Below, piece by piece: positions 13,641 to 27,799 of a stretch of 64,000 bases of DNA; the first letter of the stretch is position 1, and each line of letters begins with the position of its first letter. The translations under genes were made by a program, and so were the position numbers. The DNA comes from Octopus bimaculoides (lineage: Eukaryota). The notes under the pieces were generated by a model, which saw only the letters and a program-made list of their open reading frames with translations, was not told where the DNA came from and ran no database searches. The stretch is from the NCBI RefSeq assembly GCF_001194135.2, contig NC_068984.1:38937444-39001443 (forward strand), read 5' to 3'.

Positions 13641-15049
13641 CTTTTATCTGTAAGGTTTAGGTTGAGACTTTATGAGACAGTATCAATCTTTTAATCTTTT
13701 ATTTGTTTCACTCATCAGACTGGCCATGCTGTGGCACCTCCTTGAAGAATTTTAGTACTTATTTTTATTTTAAGCCTGGTAATTTATTCTATCCACTAGC
13801 TCAGGAGTGAAATTTGCTTAGGGGTGCAATCCCAGATCCAAATTTTTTTTTTACAAATAAGGAGTTGTTCTATTTATTTATTTTTTTCTTTGAGAAAAAA
13901 CCTAATTTTAAGCTACTTTTTACACGTTGTTTCCTAAACATGAAAAAAAGTAAGTAGGGTTACAAATTTTGATTTTGTACCCACCAAAAATTTTAGGAGG
14001 TGCACTTGCACCCCTTGCACCTGGGCCCATGATTCTAACTGAACCACTAGTTGTCAAGTATGGTAGTGGGGGACAAACACAAAGACACACATAGATACAC
14101 ACACACACACACTTATATAACAGGCTTCTGTCAGTTTCTATCTACCCCACTCACAAAGCTTCAGTTGGCTTGAAGTTACAGAAGAAGATTCTGGCCCAAA
14201 GTGCCAGGCAGTGGGACTGAACCCAGAACCATGTGGTTAGGAAGCAAGCTTCTTACCACACAGCCATTCCTGCACTTATGTGTGCTGCAGACATGTACAT
14301 GAATGTGTATATGCATGTGCATGTCTTTGTATTGAAACAACTTGTGCAGTGGTGAGTTTATGTTCTACATAAACCATAAAGTCCAGCAGTTCAGTGGTCC
14401 AACAAGCAAAGACATGGGATAAAGTATATTACTAGAAAAACAAATAAGGACTGTTGTTAGGAAGGGCATATGGCCATAGAATACTGCCTTAAGAAGTTTC
14501 ATGCAACTCATAGTGGCATAATAAAAAGCTAGCATAATAGTGATGATTCTACAAAATGACAAGAAAAGAGAGTTTGGTTAGGAGAAGGAACATGAAAATT
14601 AAAAGTGAAAATAGAAACAATATGTGAAAGTGTTCGAAACTTCCTATTGAAAATTTATCCATGATGGAGTAGGGAAAGAGAGAGGTGAGGAAGTAATGAG
14701 TGAGATTCAGACATCTGAGGATGCACTGTGAACAAAGGGAAGGGAAGGATTGGAAAGGAAAGACAGAAAAATCAGTACTTCAAACGATGTATGAAAAAAT
14801 AATAAAAAAGAAAACAAACAAATAGAATGGTGGTGGGGATGAAGAGTAAGTAGGAGTAAGAGACAGTAACCACACCTAAAAATACCACACATAGCAACAA
14901 CTCTTTCAATTTATATAGAATATTCTAGATCTTGAATGAATAATTGAAAAAATATTTGGGACACATTTGCATGCCTTCCTTTACAGGCCCACACATTTTC
15001 AGATACATACACAAATATGTAGAAGTAGGAGTCAATATATACATGGCAT

Positions 15050-15144
15050 AGACACCTTGGGCAAGTGTCTTCTACTATAGCCTCTGGCCGATCAAAGCTT
15101 TGTGAGTGGATTTGGTAAACGGAAACTGAAAGAAGCCTGTCGTA

Positions 15145-15223
<79 letters not shown>

Positions 15224-15480
15224 TTGTCCTCCTAGCATTGCTTGACAACCGATGCTGGTGTGTTTATGTCCCCGTCACTTAGCGGTTCGGCAAAAAGAGA
15301 ATAAGTACTAGGCTTACAAAGAATAAGTCCTGGGATCGATTTGCTATTGCACAGAAAAGATTCCTTTTAAGATTGCGTGATAGGATTGATATCCAGACAA
15401 CATCTATTTTGTTTAGGAGTGACCATACTGCATGGCTGCAGTCAAATGACTGAAACAAGTAAAAGAGTAAAAGAGTATAT
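15050..15480 (+). mobile_element. SINE family B copy with internal (TA)n and a 90-bp foreign insert (15340-15429)
   Basis: SINE body flanks an insert identical to 16673-16762. Confidence 0.85.
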
Positions 15481-16379
15481 ATATATATATATATATGATG
15501 GACTCACCCATTGAGGATGACATATGAGCACTCTGCTTTTGCAGAATGACCTGCACAAATGATCTGTTTATAGTGATCAAATCGATGTTGTCTGAACAGG
15601 TGCACTGTGAACTATGTATCAGGTGTTAAAATGACTGCAGAGCAACATGAGATGAAGTGTTTTGTTCAAAAACACAATGCACCACCCGGTCTAGGAACTG
15701 AAATCATGATCTAGCGACACAATATCTTATCCTTTATTTGTTTCAGTCATTTAGACTGAGGCCATGCTGGGGCACCACCTTGAAGAACTTTAATTGAATG
15801 CATTCACCCTATTAATTATTTTTTAAGCCTGATAGTTATTCCATCAGTCTCTTTTGTCGAACTGCTAAGTTATGGGGATGTATACACATCAAAACCAGTT
15901 GTCAAGATGTAGTGGGGAACAAACACACACATGGCTTCTTTCACTTTCCATCTATCAAATCCACTCACAAGGCTTTGGTCAGCTTAAGGCTATAGTAGAA
16001 AACACTTGCCCAAGGTGCCATGCAGTAGGGCTGAACCTGGAACCATGTGGCTGAGAAGCAAACTTCTTACCACACAGCTTAACAAAAAGTATACACATGC
16101 ATAATTATCAGAATATCATGTAGGAGTACATGTGAAATAAGCATGGGAGGGAAGAATTGTAAGAAGTTGAGGCTTATATTCATTCTCTGTAGAGCTGAAG
16201 TTTCCTGGTCTTAGATGAGATGCTTATTTTGTGCTGGTAGGAATAAGTTCAGCTATCATCATCATCAGGTTGAGCTTGCTCAAACATTTTTAATTTACAC
16301 ACACCTTCTATCTCAGTCTTGCATTAGTTGAGTGAGATCTTCAGAGAGACATTCAGTGTCTCTGGTGAGTTGATCTACA

Positions 16380-16840
16380 TACATTGTGTTCAAATGACCT
16401 GCTTGAGTACAGCCATGCTTTGGCGTCCATAACAGTATATCACTTACCAGCTCTTGTTTAGCTCACCAGCAATGCCCTGCAAAGTGCAGGTGCCTTTCCC
16501 TTATGATGGAGGATACAGGAAGATTTCCATACAGCTGATTCTTGGTGAGATATGTTCTCCAAGATATGTTTAAGACTGCTCTTAACATTCGGAGTGTCAG
16601 TTCCATCGAGTTCCATTGGATTCTAGTCTTTTGGTAAGCGACCAGGCTGCTATTCCATGTAAAAGGACTAACTTTGCTATTGCACAGAAAAGATTCCTTT
16701 TAAGATTGCGTGATAGGATTGATATCCAGACAACATCTATTTTGTTTAGGAGTGACCATACTTTGGCTGTGTGAGTTTTTACATCTTTTTCAGTTGAGGC
16801 CCTCTCAGAACCAGTCTTAGAGGTGCGGTAAAGGATCATG
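16380..16840 (-). mobile_element. RTE-clade LINE 3' fragment (second family)
   Basis: ORF 16597-16839 WSLLNKIDVVWISILSRNLKRNLFCA...WSLTKRLE resembles the RTE post-RT region. Confidence 0.65.
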
Positions 16841-19800
16841 GACTCTTAATTAAAAGACAAAATATATCAGGCATAGTAGCATAGTAAGAAGTCTGCTTCC
16901 CAACCACATGATTCCAGGTTTAGTCCTACCGCATGGCACCTCGGACAAGTGTCTTCTACTACGGCCTCCAGCTGACCAAAGCCTTGTAAGTAGATTTGGT
17001 AGATGGGAACTAAAAGCCTGTTGTGTGTGTGTTTATGTCCTTGCAACTTGGCAGTTCAGCAAGAGGCCAATAGAATAAGTACTAAGCTTAAAATTAGAAC
17101 GGGTTAATTCAATTAAAATTTTTCAAGGTAGTGCCCCAGTATGACTGCAGTTTGATAACTGAAACAAGTAAAAGGTATATTAATTGTAATAAAATTATCT
17201 ATCATTATGCATGTGACATACACGGTCCTATGTGACTAGAACTATTACACTTGACATTATAGGAACTTTATCCCAAACCATTTTTTGTTAAAATGCATTA
17301 ACACTTTCGATATGATTATCCATAGTTTAATTAGAGGAGTTGGAAGAGGAACATGTGCATGTGGAAGAACTTTTATTCTACAATCAGATCTGACCAGACG
17401 TATTTTAAAAACAACTTGTCTTCTTTCATAAAAATAGACATCCCATTCAGTTTCAATTCTGGCTATATGAAAATTGTTAACACTTTGGAGCCCTGCAAAG
17501 TGGAATGAGTTGTTCAGTGTTCTCCCTTCCCATTTTTCAAAGCAATACCTTTTGTAGTCTGCTTTAGACTACAAAACATTTGCAAGACTTGCAACAGTAT
17601 ATTTCTCAATAAACAATTTTGTGAGTGAGTTTGCAAGAATAAGTTTAATTTTGTCAAATGTTGACTATCAGTTAAGTATTCAGAATGTTGTTTCTCAAAA
17701 TTGCACAGATATATTACATCCAAAGCAGATATGTTAAGTAAATTATCAAAGAAAAACAGAAACTTGTCAATAGTACAACCATTCTCTCTCTTTTTTTTTT
17801 AATAATCAATAAATTAATACAACATATATATATACAAACTATTTTGGTTAGTATTTTCTTTTCAAAAATATCTGAATGCAAACATGGATTCAATTCAAAA
17901 TAGTTGTAAAATCATTTTTATACAGTTATTTTGATTATTTTCATTTATGAATGAAAAACTTTATTTTTCAAAATTACAACCAAAAATAGAAAAAGAAAAA
18001 AGGAGCAATTTCAGTTGATTTTTTTGATTTTTTGACTGAAACATTTGGATTATGTTTCATTAAAAAAAGCAGAATAAATAAAAAAAAATTATATCAAAAC
18101 TATAAAGCTGAAAAAAAATAATTAAAAGTAAATTGGATAAAAATTATCAACAAACAGAGCAATGCTACAAATTCTCTCACAATTATTATTCTTTGAAAAA
18201 ATATGTAATTAAAATTAAAGGAGGTAAAGAAGCTATAATGTTAAGGAACTGGGCTACTGACGACATGAAAACAATAACTACAAACTGTTGTACTCTGCAG
18301 CAAAGTACGAAATTCTGTTAGTCTCAGCATACTTAGCTGAAAATATTTAATACATATCCCACAATGCATTCAAGTGGTTGAGCATCCAACTATAAAAGTT
18401 AATCTCAATTATCCAAATGTAAATATACAAATTTGAGAAAGAAAAAAAAAACTCACATAATAAACTGTTTTTGTTTTTTAAACAATCTAAGAAATATGCT
18501 AAAACGTCTGAAATAGTTACTAGAAGTGAAAAAAAAAAAAAAAAAATTACATGTTCTTAGAAATAGTACAGTTAGAATAGCAACTTAACAGTTAGTAAAG
18601 TATTGTATATATTTTGAAATAGTTTCTGATAAGCAATATTTGGTGAAATAATTCTAAATGGAAGAGAAAACTATAAGATGCAAATTAAAATTTATTGAAC
18701 AGTTTATAATTTCAAATTTGCCCTATAAATAAACATTTTAATACTATAATATCAAGTAGGCATCGTATTAACAAAAATGTAATGTGAAGAAAATGGTTAG
18801 ATGAGACATATAATATCAAAATAGATTAGAAATCTTTTTTATTTTTATTAAATAAAACCATTTCTTACAAGGCAATTTTTGTTATGGATGACAGCCAGAA
18901 ATCTTGAAACAAAGTTGCAATATCTTAAACAGCTATATACAACTTTGTGTATTCAAGAGATTTCTTTTAATAAATACTCCTATATATTTGTCAGGATAAA
19001 GTATTTAGGATGACTTAGAAAATGGTACAAAATAAGTAATAATCATTTCTTTTCTATTATCGGCAGAAGGCCTGAAATTTGGTGGGCAGGAACTAGTCGA
19101 TTACATCAACCCCAGCACTTGAGTGGTATTTATTTCATTGATCCCTAATGGATGAAAGGCGAAGTCAACCTTGGAGGAATTTAAACTCAGAACGTAGTGA
19201 GACAAAATACCGCTAAGCATTTTGCCTGGCGTGCTATTGATTCCGCCAGTTCGCTGCCTATACAAAATAACTAATAATAATAAGTAAATATTTGACTCAC
19301 TTATCATGCATTTTTGTTAATCTTCTGGCCATCTTCAGATGGTATATTATTTTATACTATTAAGGAGGGTTTGAACTCCGAAACCAATTTTCTAATATGA
19401 AATTTCAATGCTCTTGACTGCTCTAATGGTCAATGCCATTGAAACCTTATATAAGAAATAAAGATGTTGAGTTCTGAACAAGCCTAGGGATACATATTAT
19501 ATAACTTTTTGACTTCATTAAAAAATAAACCATAATTCAACAAACTAACAACAAACAAGAACTAATTAAATATAATAATATGATGCACATTTTAACAAAA
19601 GTTGTTAGTACTGGGAACAAAAAAAGATATGTCAAAATTAATGTAATTCATTCAGTAACAAAACAATTAGAAACCTATAAATGAGTACAATATATATAAC
19701 AATATATATGAAACTAAAGTAGAAGAGACACGTCTTCTACTGTTGCTTCAATTGACCAATACTTTGTGAGTGAAACAAGCATAAATATGTATCTATATTT

Positions 19801-21285
19801 CTATGTTTACATAGAAATACATCAATGTATACATATGATATATACACATACACACATATAGTTGCAAGCCTGATTATATGGTTATGAAGTTTGCTTCTCA
19901 ACCATATGGTTTTAAGTTCAGTCCCACTTTCTGGTAATTTGGGCAAGTGTCTTCTACTATAGCCTTAGACCAACCAAAGCATTGCAAGTGGTTCTGGTAG
20001 ACAGAAACTGAAACAACTCCATTTTCTCTCTGTCTGTTTGTCTCTCCTATTGTATCTATGTGTGTGTGTTCTGTACAGCCTTGCTTGGACATCACCTGAT
20101 AACTGAAAATGATTATCACTACGGACATTAAAAGATGATGATGACAATGATACAAGCAATGTCATTCAATACTAATATTCTGCAAGAATATGTCTGGCCA
20201 AGGAGAAATATTACCTTGCTTGGAAATAGGTGAGAGTTGGCAATGCAAAGGGCATCTGGCTATAACAAATCTGCCTCAATAAAGTCTGTCCAATCCATGC
20301 AAGCAAGGAAAAGTGGACATTATGATGATGACATACAGTATGTGTGCATGTGTGTATGTACATTTGTGCATATTTGAGTGTGTCTCTGTGTATATTTTAT
20401 TGGGTCAACCAGAATCAGAGTTCATCTACACTGTATTTGCAAGCTTAAATATTGAGACAGAAATTTTGAAGTTTGTGAAACACAGAATACTGATTCCAGT
20501 TGGCCTAATAAATTACACTATACTTTAGGTAGAGAGTACTCTTCTTTACTACTACTAACCCTAATGATTACGCACATGCACATACACACACGAACTTCTA
20601 CATAATTTCCATCTACACAGGCCAGTCCAAGTCTATGTTACATATTCCCAAAATGCTGTGCAGTGTGGTTGAACTAGGAACCACATGATTATGAAACAAA
20701 CTTTTTAACCACACAGTCATGCCTGCATCCATTTTAATAAGGAAAAAATTAAGAGACAGATGAAGTGTTTTGAGAACAACCAAAAATACATATAAGAATG
20801 GCTGGATGGAATTAGATATTATGCAAAGTTGAACATGTAAAAAGAAAACAAACAAACATACTTTTAAATTATATAATTAAATAACATTTCAAAAAGTAAA
20901 ATTACTTTTTTTGTGGTTTAAATATAAAAATAATAAATAAAGCAAATTTACATAGGAATGTACAATTGTTGTCAAGAAGTTTTGTTGGCATGAATATCAT
21001 TGCTAGCCAGTTTAGAGAGTTTGCTACATGCAAGAGCATAAGCTTTACAGCTGCAATGACATATCATTGCAACAAAAGCTATCACTATAATTAATACAAA
21101 TACTGATGCAACAAAACTTAATTGGTATATTTGAGGGACAGACATTTCTCTAGGCAAACATATATATAAAAAAAAAAGAGTCTTTAGGTTATATTGAAAT
21201 AAACAGCATCCGTATGGCAATCCCAAATGAGAAAGAGAATGAGAAGGATTTTGTTGGATTGGTTTATAAGAAGTAAATGATTATT

Positions 21286-21413
21286 TCAGTACTGTGAATT
21301 TTTTTCTTCTTTATTCAGGAAGTATATTCGAACAGTGCCTTTCGTAGTTTCTACATCTTCATGATATCTGACCAACATCCAGCAAGCAATGCCATATGCC
21401 AATGTAGGAACAC
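21286..21413 (-). CDS. C15orf61: C15orf61/DUF4528 orthologue, last coding exon (GVPTLAYGIACWMLVRYHEDVETTKGTVRIYFLNKEEKNSQY*)
   Basis: Acceptor AG at 21415-21414; phase 1 matches the upstream exon; resembles the human C-terminus GIPTLLYGLGSWLF...TVYFLNKEDEGAMY; TGA at 21288-21286. Confidence 0.95.
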
Positions 21414-21539
21414 CTATGGTTTAAAAATAAAATAAAAAAATATTTAGACATTGAATCATTGTAACAAAAACTTGACGATATATGTACACACAAGCACTCA
21501 ATGGCATAGATGTGTTATTGAGGGTTTTAGAACAAGGAG

Positions 21540-21572
<33 letters not shown>

Positions 21573-22426
21573 ACTTGGGGATGGTCATATTGCCAGTTTA
21601 GCCAATATATATATATATAAAATAGAAGGAACCAACTTCTGTTAAAATCAACAAAAGAATCAGTTATATAAATCATCTGCAAATACAATGTCAGAGAAAA
21701 GCACAGCACCTTCAGTAATTAATGGTTGCTAAGCTGCTGAAAGTGCCAGAAAACATTATTGAACCAGCTTATACAGTCAACCAGTATATCTATATCTATG
21801 TCTCTCTTTTAATTGTTACAAATAGAAAAAGTTATTACATTCAGGAAATTAAAATGCAAGCAATCAAAACTAATAGAATAAACCATAAAAATTGTAAAGT
21901 TAACAGAACAGTAAAAAATATAATTCAAGTAGATAGGACATAATTTGAGTTTATCATACAAGATAGCTTACATCCACTTGTATACTAAATTCTTCATAGA
22001 ATCTAATCTTAATTCAAATCAGTAACTACAACTGTTCTTATGAACCAGACATCTGATTTTGGCAGAACTCTTTCAGATTAACAAAAACAAAGTTGTTTGT
22101 TCTTGGCTAAGGGCTATACTTGTAGTTATTTCATAGGTCCTTGCATACACTTTCACTGCATCATCATTGTTTTATATCCACTTTTTCATGCTGGCATAGG
22201 TTGGAGAGTCCTTATTCAGAGTCACTAAGTTGGGGCCATAAATCACACAATCAAGGAATTTAAGGTTGAGCAACCTGACAAATAATTCCTTAGTAACTAT
22301 AAATATTCATGACACAGTTAATCATCTCAAACATGAATACTGAATTCACAAGTAGAAACAAATTCTTGGTATTTACTCAATGATAGAGAGGATGTGGTTA
22401 TGTTTAATAATAGGTAATTCAACTAT

Positions 22427-22567
<141 letters not shown>

Positions 22568-24526
22568 TTTAACAGAAACAAAATAGCAGCTATACATGAT
22601 GTCAGAAATTTGTTTAAAAAGTACTTTTTGTCAATCATGTAATGAGGGATGGCACAGAAGCTGCCAGTGTCCAACCATCATCCTTATCTGTTAACATTGG
22701 ACTTCTTTAAATCTGACACACTCTACCATCTGTGTTGCTAGCTAACACTCACATTACCATGCCACTCATTATTGATGACCATCACTGATCTTTTCCATTA
22801 CTCTCTGCAGCACAGTTACACTTCTATCACATCATTCTCTACCTTTTTCTCTCCACACCCTTGATCACTTTGTTTCTCACTCCCTCTGCTATTCACTCTT
22901 ATGGACTTGTTGCTGTGAATGAATGGAGACATTGTAGAATAGTGAAGGCTGTTCATTTAACCTTGCAAGGTACAAGGCAATCTCTCTAGTTCTGGTACAA
23001 CAATAAAATGCACCTAATATGATCTGTAAGATAGCTGGCAAAAGAACAGAGAAAATGCAAATTGAAGAGGATCCTTCAGGCCAGGACCTCACTAATGTTG
23101 GTATAATGACAAAATACACTTAGTGCACTGTAAAGTGGTTCATGTAAGGAAGAGTATCCAGCCGTAGAAACCAAGTCAAAAATGAGATATGATAAAGATC
23201 TCTGACCTGTCTAGGATGGTAGCAACTTCAAATTAAAAAACTGACTTGGGCTATGGTGACACATCTACCTCAAGACAGCATATAAAGCAGATGTAAAATG
23301 ATGGTAGGTGATAAATTTTGGGGGAATCATAGATGTTAGATGTTTATTATTAATGTAAGATGGTAACTTGAGCAGAAATAAGCTGAAGTAAACTAATATA
23401 AAATGGGGAAGAGTAAATTAGATTCAAAGTGATGTTTTTTCTCATTTATTATGCATACTTGCAGTCACTTAAATTATCTATATGAATTTAAGTTTTTATT
23501 AATGTAGAATTTTTTAAAGGAAGCATTTTGCAAATATGTGAAAGAGGGCATGGTGTGAAAATGTAGTAATTGTTATTATTGTCATTTTCTTTATATTGCT
23601 TTTCTACAAAGGATTTTCTTTTGTATAAAAAGTGGATTTACCAGTATGACATATTCGTGATGTTACTATCAATGTACTTCTAAACTATTTATCTTTTATA
23701 CATTTTCTTAGTGTCATTGTTTAAACAAGATAATTATTGCATAAAACAATACTTGATATTTTATAATGTTCAGCACAGCTTACTTCAGTATTTATGGAAT
23801 GCCATGGGTGATTACTGTAGAAAATAGAATTTTTTTAGTTTTGGGGTTGAGGTTAGTGGAGCAAAGAAGTTTTTTTTTCATCATTTATTTTTATCTTTAT
23901 TATAGATGTTGATGACAAAGAAACAGAATAAAACTAAATTTTAAAATGCTTTCTACTTTTTTATTATAGGCACAAGGTCTGAAGTTTTGGGAGAGGGTGT
24001 TAGTCAATTACATTGACTCCCAGTGCTGAAATGGTACTAACTTTATTGACCCTGAAAGGGTGAAAGACAAAGTTGACCTCAGTGGAATTTGAACTCAGAA
24101 CATACAAATGGACAAAATGACACTAAACATTTTGTCTGATGTGTTAAATGATTCTGTCAGCACACCACCTTTGCAACTAAATCTTAGAATGATAAGGAAA
24201 ATAAAATTAATTCTTATGATTGACAATTTCAAATCTATTAAAATAAGTTGTATTAATTTGAATGTAAATTATTTTTAGACAAGTAAAAACAATGAGTTGC
24301 AAATTGTGCTGTAGTAGAAAAGAGTAAGTTTCAAACATATAATGAATAATCCAAGTTCATTTACATGCTGTATTTACTCAAGTACAATGTAATCTCAAAT
24401 ATAATACAAACCATACCCCTACTCTAAACAAAGTTAGTAATATATTTTATTCTTTCATGTTTTTTTTTTATATTTAAGTGTAATGCTTCCTCAAATTTTG
24501 ACTGCTATTTTGTATTAAATATCTCA

Positions 24527-24886
<360 letters not shown>

Positions 24887-25269
24887 TTAAATGAAACCAA
24901 ATATTTCCTCACTATAACAGAGAAATACAGAAATTTTACCTTAAAATGTTATCTTTTACATATTCATGAAACAACTTTTAACAACTTTTAATTTCATGAC
25001 AAAAAACAAAAATAAATTTCTAAAAATTTTAATCTCAATATATGGAGAAGTAAAAGCAAGTCCACCTGTTGCTTTATATAAATCCTATCTATTATTTTCA
25101 TGGTATTCACCCAAGATCTAAGTTCACAAGTTAGTTGCACTCACCCTTAAATTAGTAATCACAATATTATTTCTTGAAATACTACCCAGAATAAAGATTA
25201 TATTTTTATTTGTTTGCTTAAAGAGAAAGGATCACACCACATCTATGGCTAAACTGAGCAGTTTAATTT

Positions 25270-26340
25270 CAATTGTTGTACATTAGAAATTGGAGTGAAC
25301 ACAAAGGCAAGGAGGAATTTTCAAATGGATGCAATTCTGTGAAGCTGAAAGTTAGAGCAATTAGGAAAATTATTGGCTGAGTCAGGAAAGTTGTCTTTCA
25401 TAGAGATGAAGCTTACATTATAGTTTTTCACAACTTAAAGTCCCCTTAAATCAACAAGGAGGAAAGGAGAAACGAAAACAGAATAAGAGAGATTATAAAA
25501 TTTACTTAGGAGGACTAGTAGTTACCTATGATTGGTGTTAGATATTATGTATACAAAAGCAGCATGACTTTTTGTAAGACATGGAGGGTGAATATATTGA
25601 CAAGGTTAAATACTGAGAGGTGGAGAATGGTACCTAAGAAGTCAGTTGTTGGGTTTGTCATGAATAAAATATTCAGGTTAGGAATGAAGATATACTTCTT
25701 AAAACTGCACTATTTTTACTGGACCACATACAAAATATTGAAGAAGAGTAGGTAGTAGTGTTTTGATAACTCTGAGTCAAGTAGCAAGTCTAAATTTTCT
25801 AATATTTTCAATTGATTGAGCATACCTATTATCAAGAACATTCCAGCTATGACAACTCATCTTTTAGTAAATGTAGGACTCTGTTAATCAATCTATCCAT
25901 CCTTTTCCCAAAATTATAGAGTATGGGTTAGGAGAATTTCGCTGCTATTTCTAGCACAAATTTCCCTCGACTAAATTGTGACTGTCTTTTGAAAGAAGGC
26001 TGTGCTTTAAGTAATAAAACTTTGCACAACTGTCCTGCAATAAAGATGAAACACTGCTCAAATGAACATACTGAACAATTTGAACAATAAATAGCAGAAA
26101 GTCAGGACTTGTGGTTGCTCTTAGGCATTGTATCACTACTTCTAAAGTCATAAACCTGTTTAGAGTTGACTAAAGTTACTGAAATAAAAATTTCTAGCTG
26201 ACTACATCAAGACTGCTAGTGCTTACTTTACTATTAAGTTTCCAAGTAATAGGCATTGCTGAATATCCCCACTATACACACCTAGTCATTCTTATTAAAC
26301 AAAAACTGTCCAAATATATATCACATTTCTAAATCAATGG
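25270..26340 (-). mobile_element. Degenerate CR1/Jockey-like LINE 3' region
   Basis: Fragmentary translation resembling the FPxSYNLQSFK terminus of CR1-like ORF2; many stops. Confidence 0.35.
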
Positions 26341-27799
26341 GTGACATTTAGACATAACCGAGTTCCATACCAATTATACCTCCTACTTTAGCATGAGAGA
26401 TATTACACTAATGTAATTATAATAAATTTAAGCAATCAAGTCTTGTTTTTATATGAACAACAAAATAGACCTAACACTGTCCTAAAATGAAGTGCTCTGT
26501 AACTTGATTCACAGGTTTATTAACTACACAAATTCTATTGAATACAAAAATGAAAAGTGGCTCTTGATTGAATTAGACCATGACAGCCTTAATGTGAATA
26601 CAGAAACTGCTTTAAGCAAATATCAAGGAAGAAATGAGATATAAATAGAATAAAGAAAAAAAAAATCTAGTTTTATTTAAATAAATGGTTTCTTATCTTG
26701 CCACAACTTTGCTCTTGCTACTAACACAAAGCTGTGTATGCTGTATAACTGGAAAACTGACACATTTTTGCATTCAATTCTTTATAAGTCAATAAATGAA
26801 AATGTCTGTTCAGCGAAAGTTCACAAGATCAGTCATTATTCTTTGATTATAATGATTTGTTAAAACATGTTAAATACAGTCTCAGAATGGCTTTTATCTG
26901 TATTTTCCCTTGCTCTGGAAGAAATAGCTGTTCTAAGTTTGGTAAAGAAGTTTTATATCGCTTAAACCAGATTAGAGAACCTTTTAATGTTTAGAAGGCT
27001 GTGTTGAAGTTAACTGCCATTTAACAAGGCCTCTCTCCTACAGCAAGACACCTACACCTGCACCTGTCTTTCTATCATACTTTAACATCTCACCACCTGG
27101 TATAAAGCTACCTTCCTCAATTCTACACCCCTCAGTTGAGGGGTCTTGTAAGTTACCTAGTGATCTCACTGGTGCTATGTAAAAAGCACCCAGTACACCC
27201 TGTAAAGTGGTTAGCATTAGGAAAGGCATCCAGTTGAAGAAACCATGCCAAAACAGATATTGGAGCCTGGTGCAATCCTCTGATTTATCAACTCTTGTCA
27301 AACTGTCCAATACATGCCAGTATGAAAAGCAGGTGTTAAATGATGATGACAATGATGTTAAACCAATTATTATATAATATGTGCATAGAAATTCCAATGA
27401 AATGTAAAAGATAGTTTTGGAATAAGCACACATATCATAACATGAAAAATTTCTTCAGATTTCTGTTTTAAACATAATTTTAATTAAAAGTTTAGATAAA
27501 CAAATAGAGATAGATGTCTCTAAAATTAGCAATTAGTTGAAAATACAGGCTTTAAATAAAATTAAATCAACAAAAATATATTTCAGTATAATCATTTCCT
27601 CTCAAATCAGACTTCTTTCAGAAGACTACACTCAGTTTTTCAGATGGCCTAACAGTAACGCATGTAAATGAATTTGTCTACAGATAATGCGATTATACAA
27701 TAGTCTGTGCAAATGCAGAAATGACACATTATTCTCATGTCTAAGGATTCAATCTTGATATTGTAAACTAATAAAAAGTTACGACAGTTAGGCCAATAA

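Noticed and set aside
13705-13718. Minus-strand CTGATGAGTGAAAC resembling a hammerhead ribozyme core
   Set aside because: No stem II between CUGAUGA and GAAA and no flanking stems; it is a decayed SINE tail.
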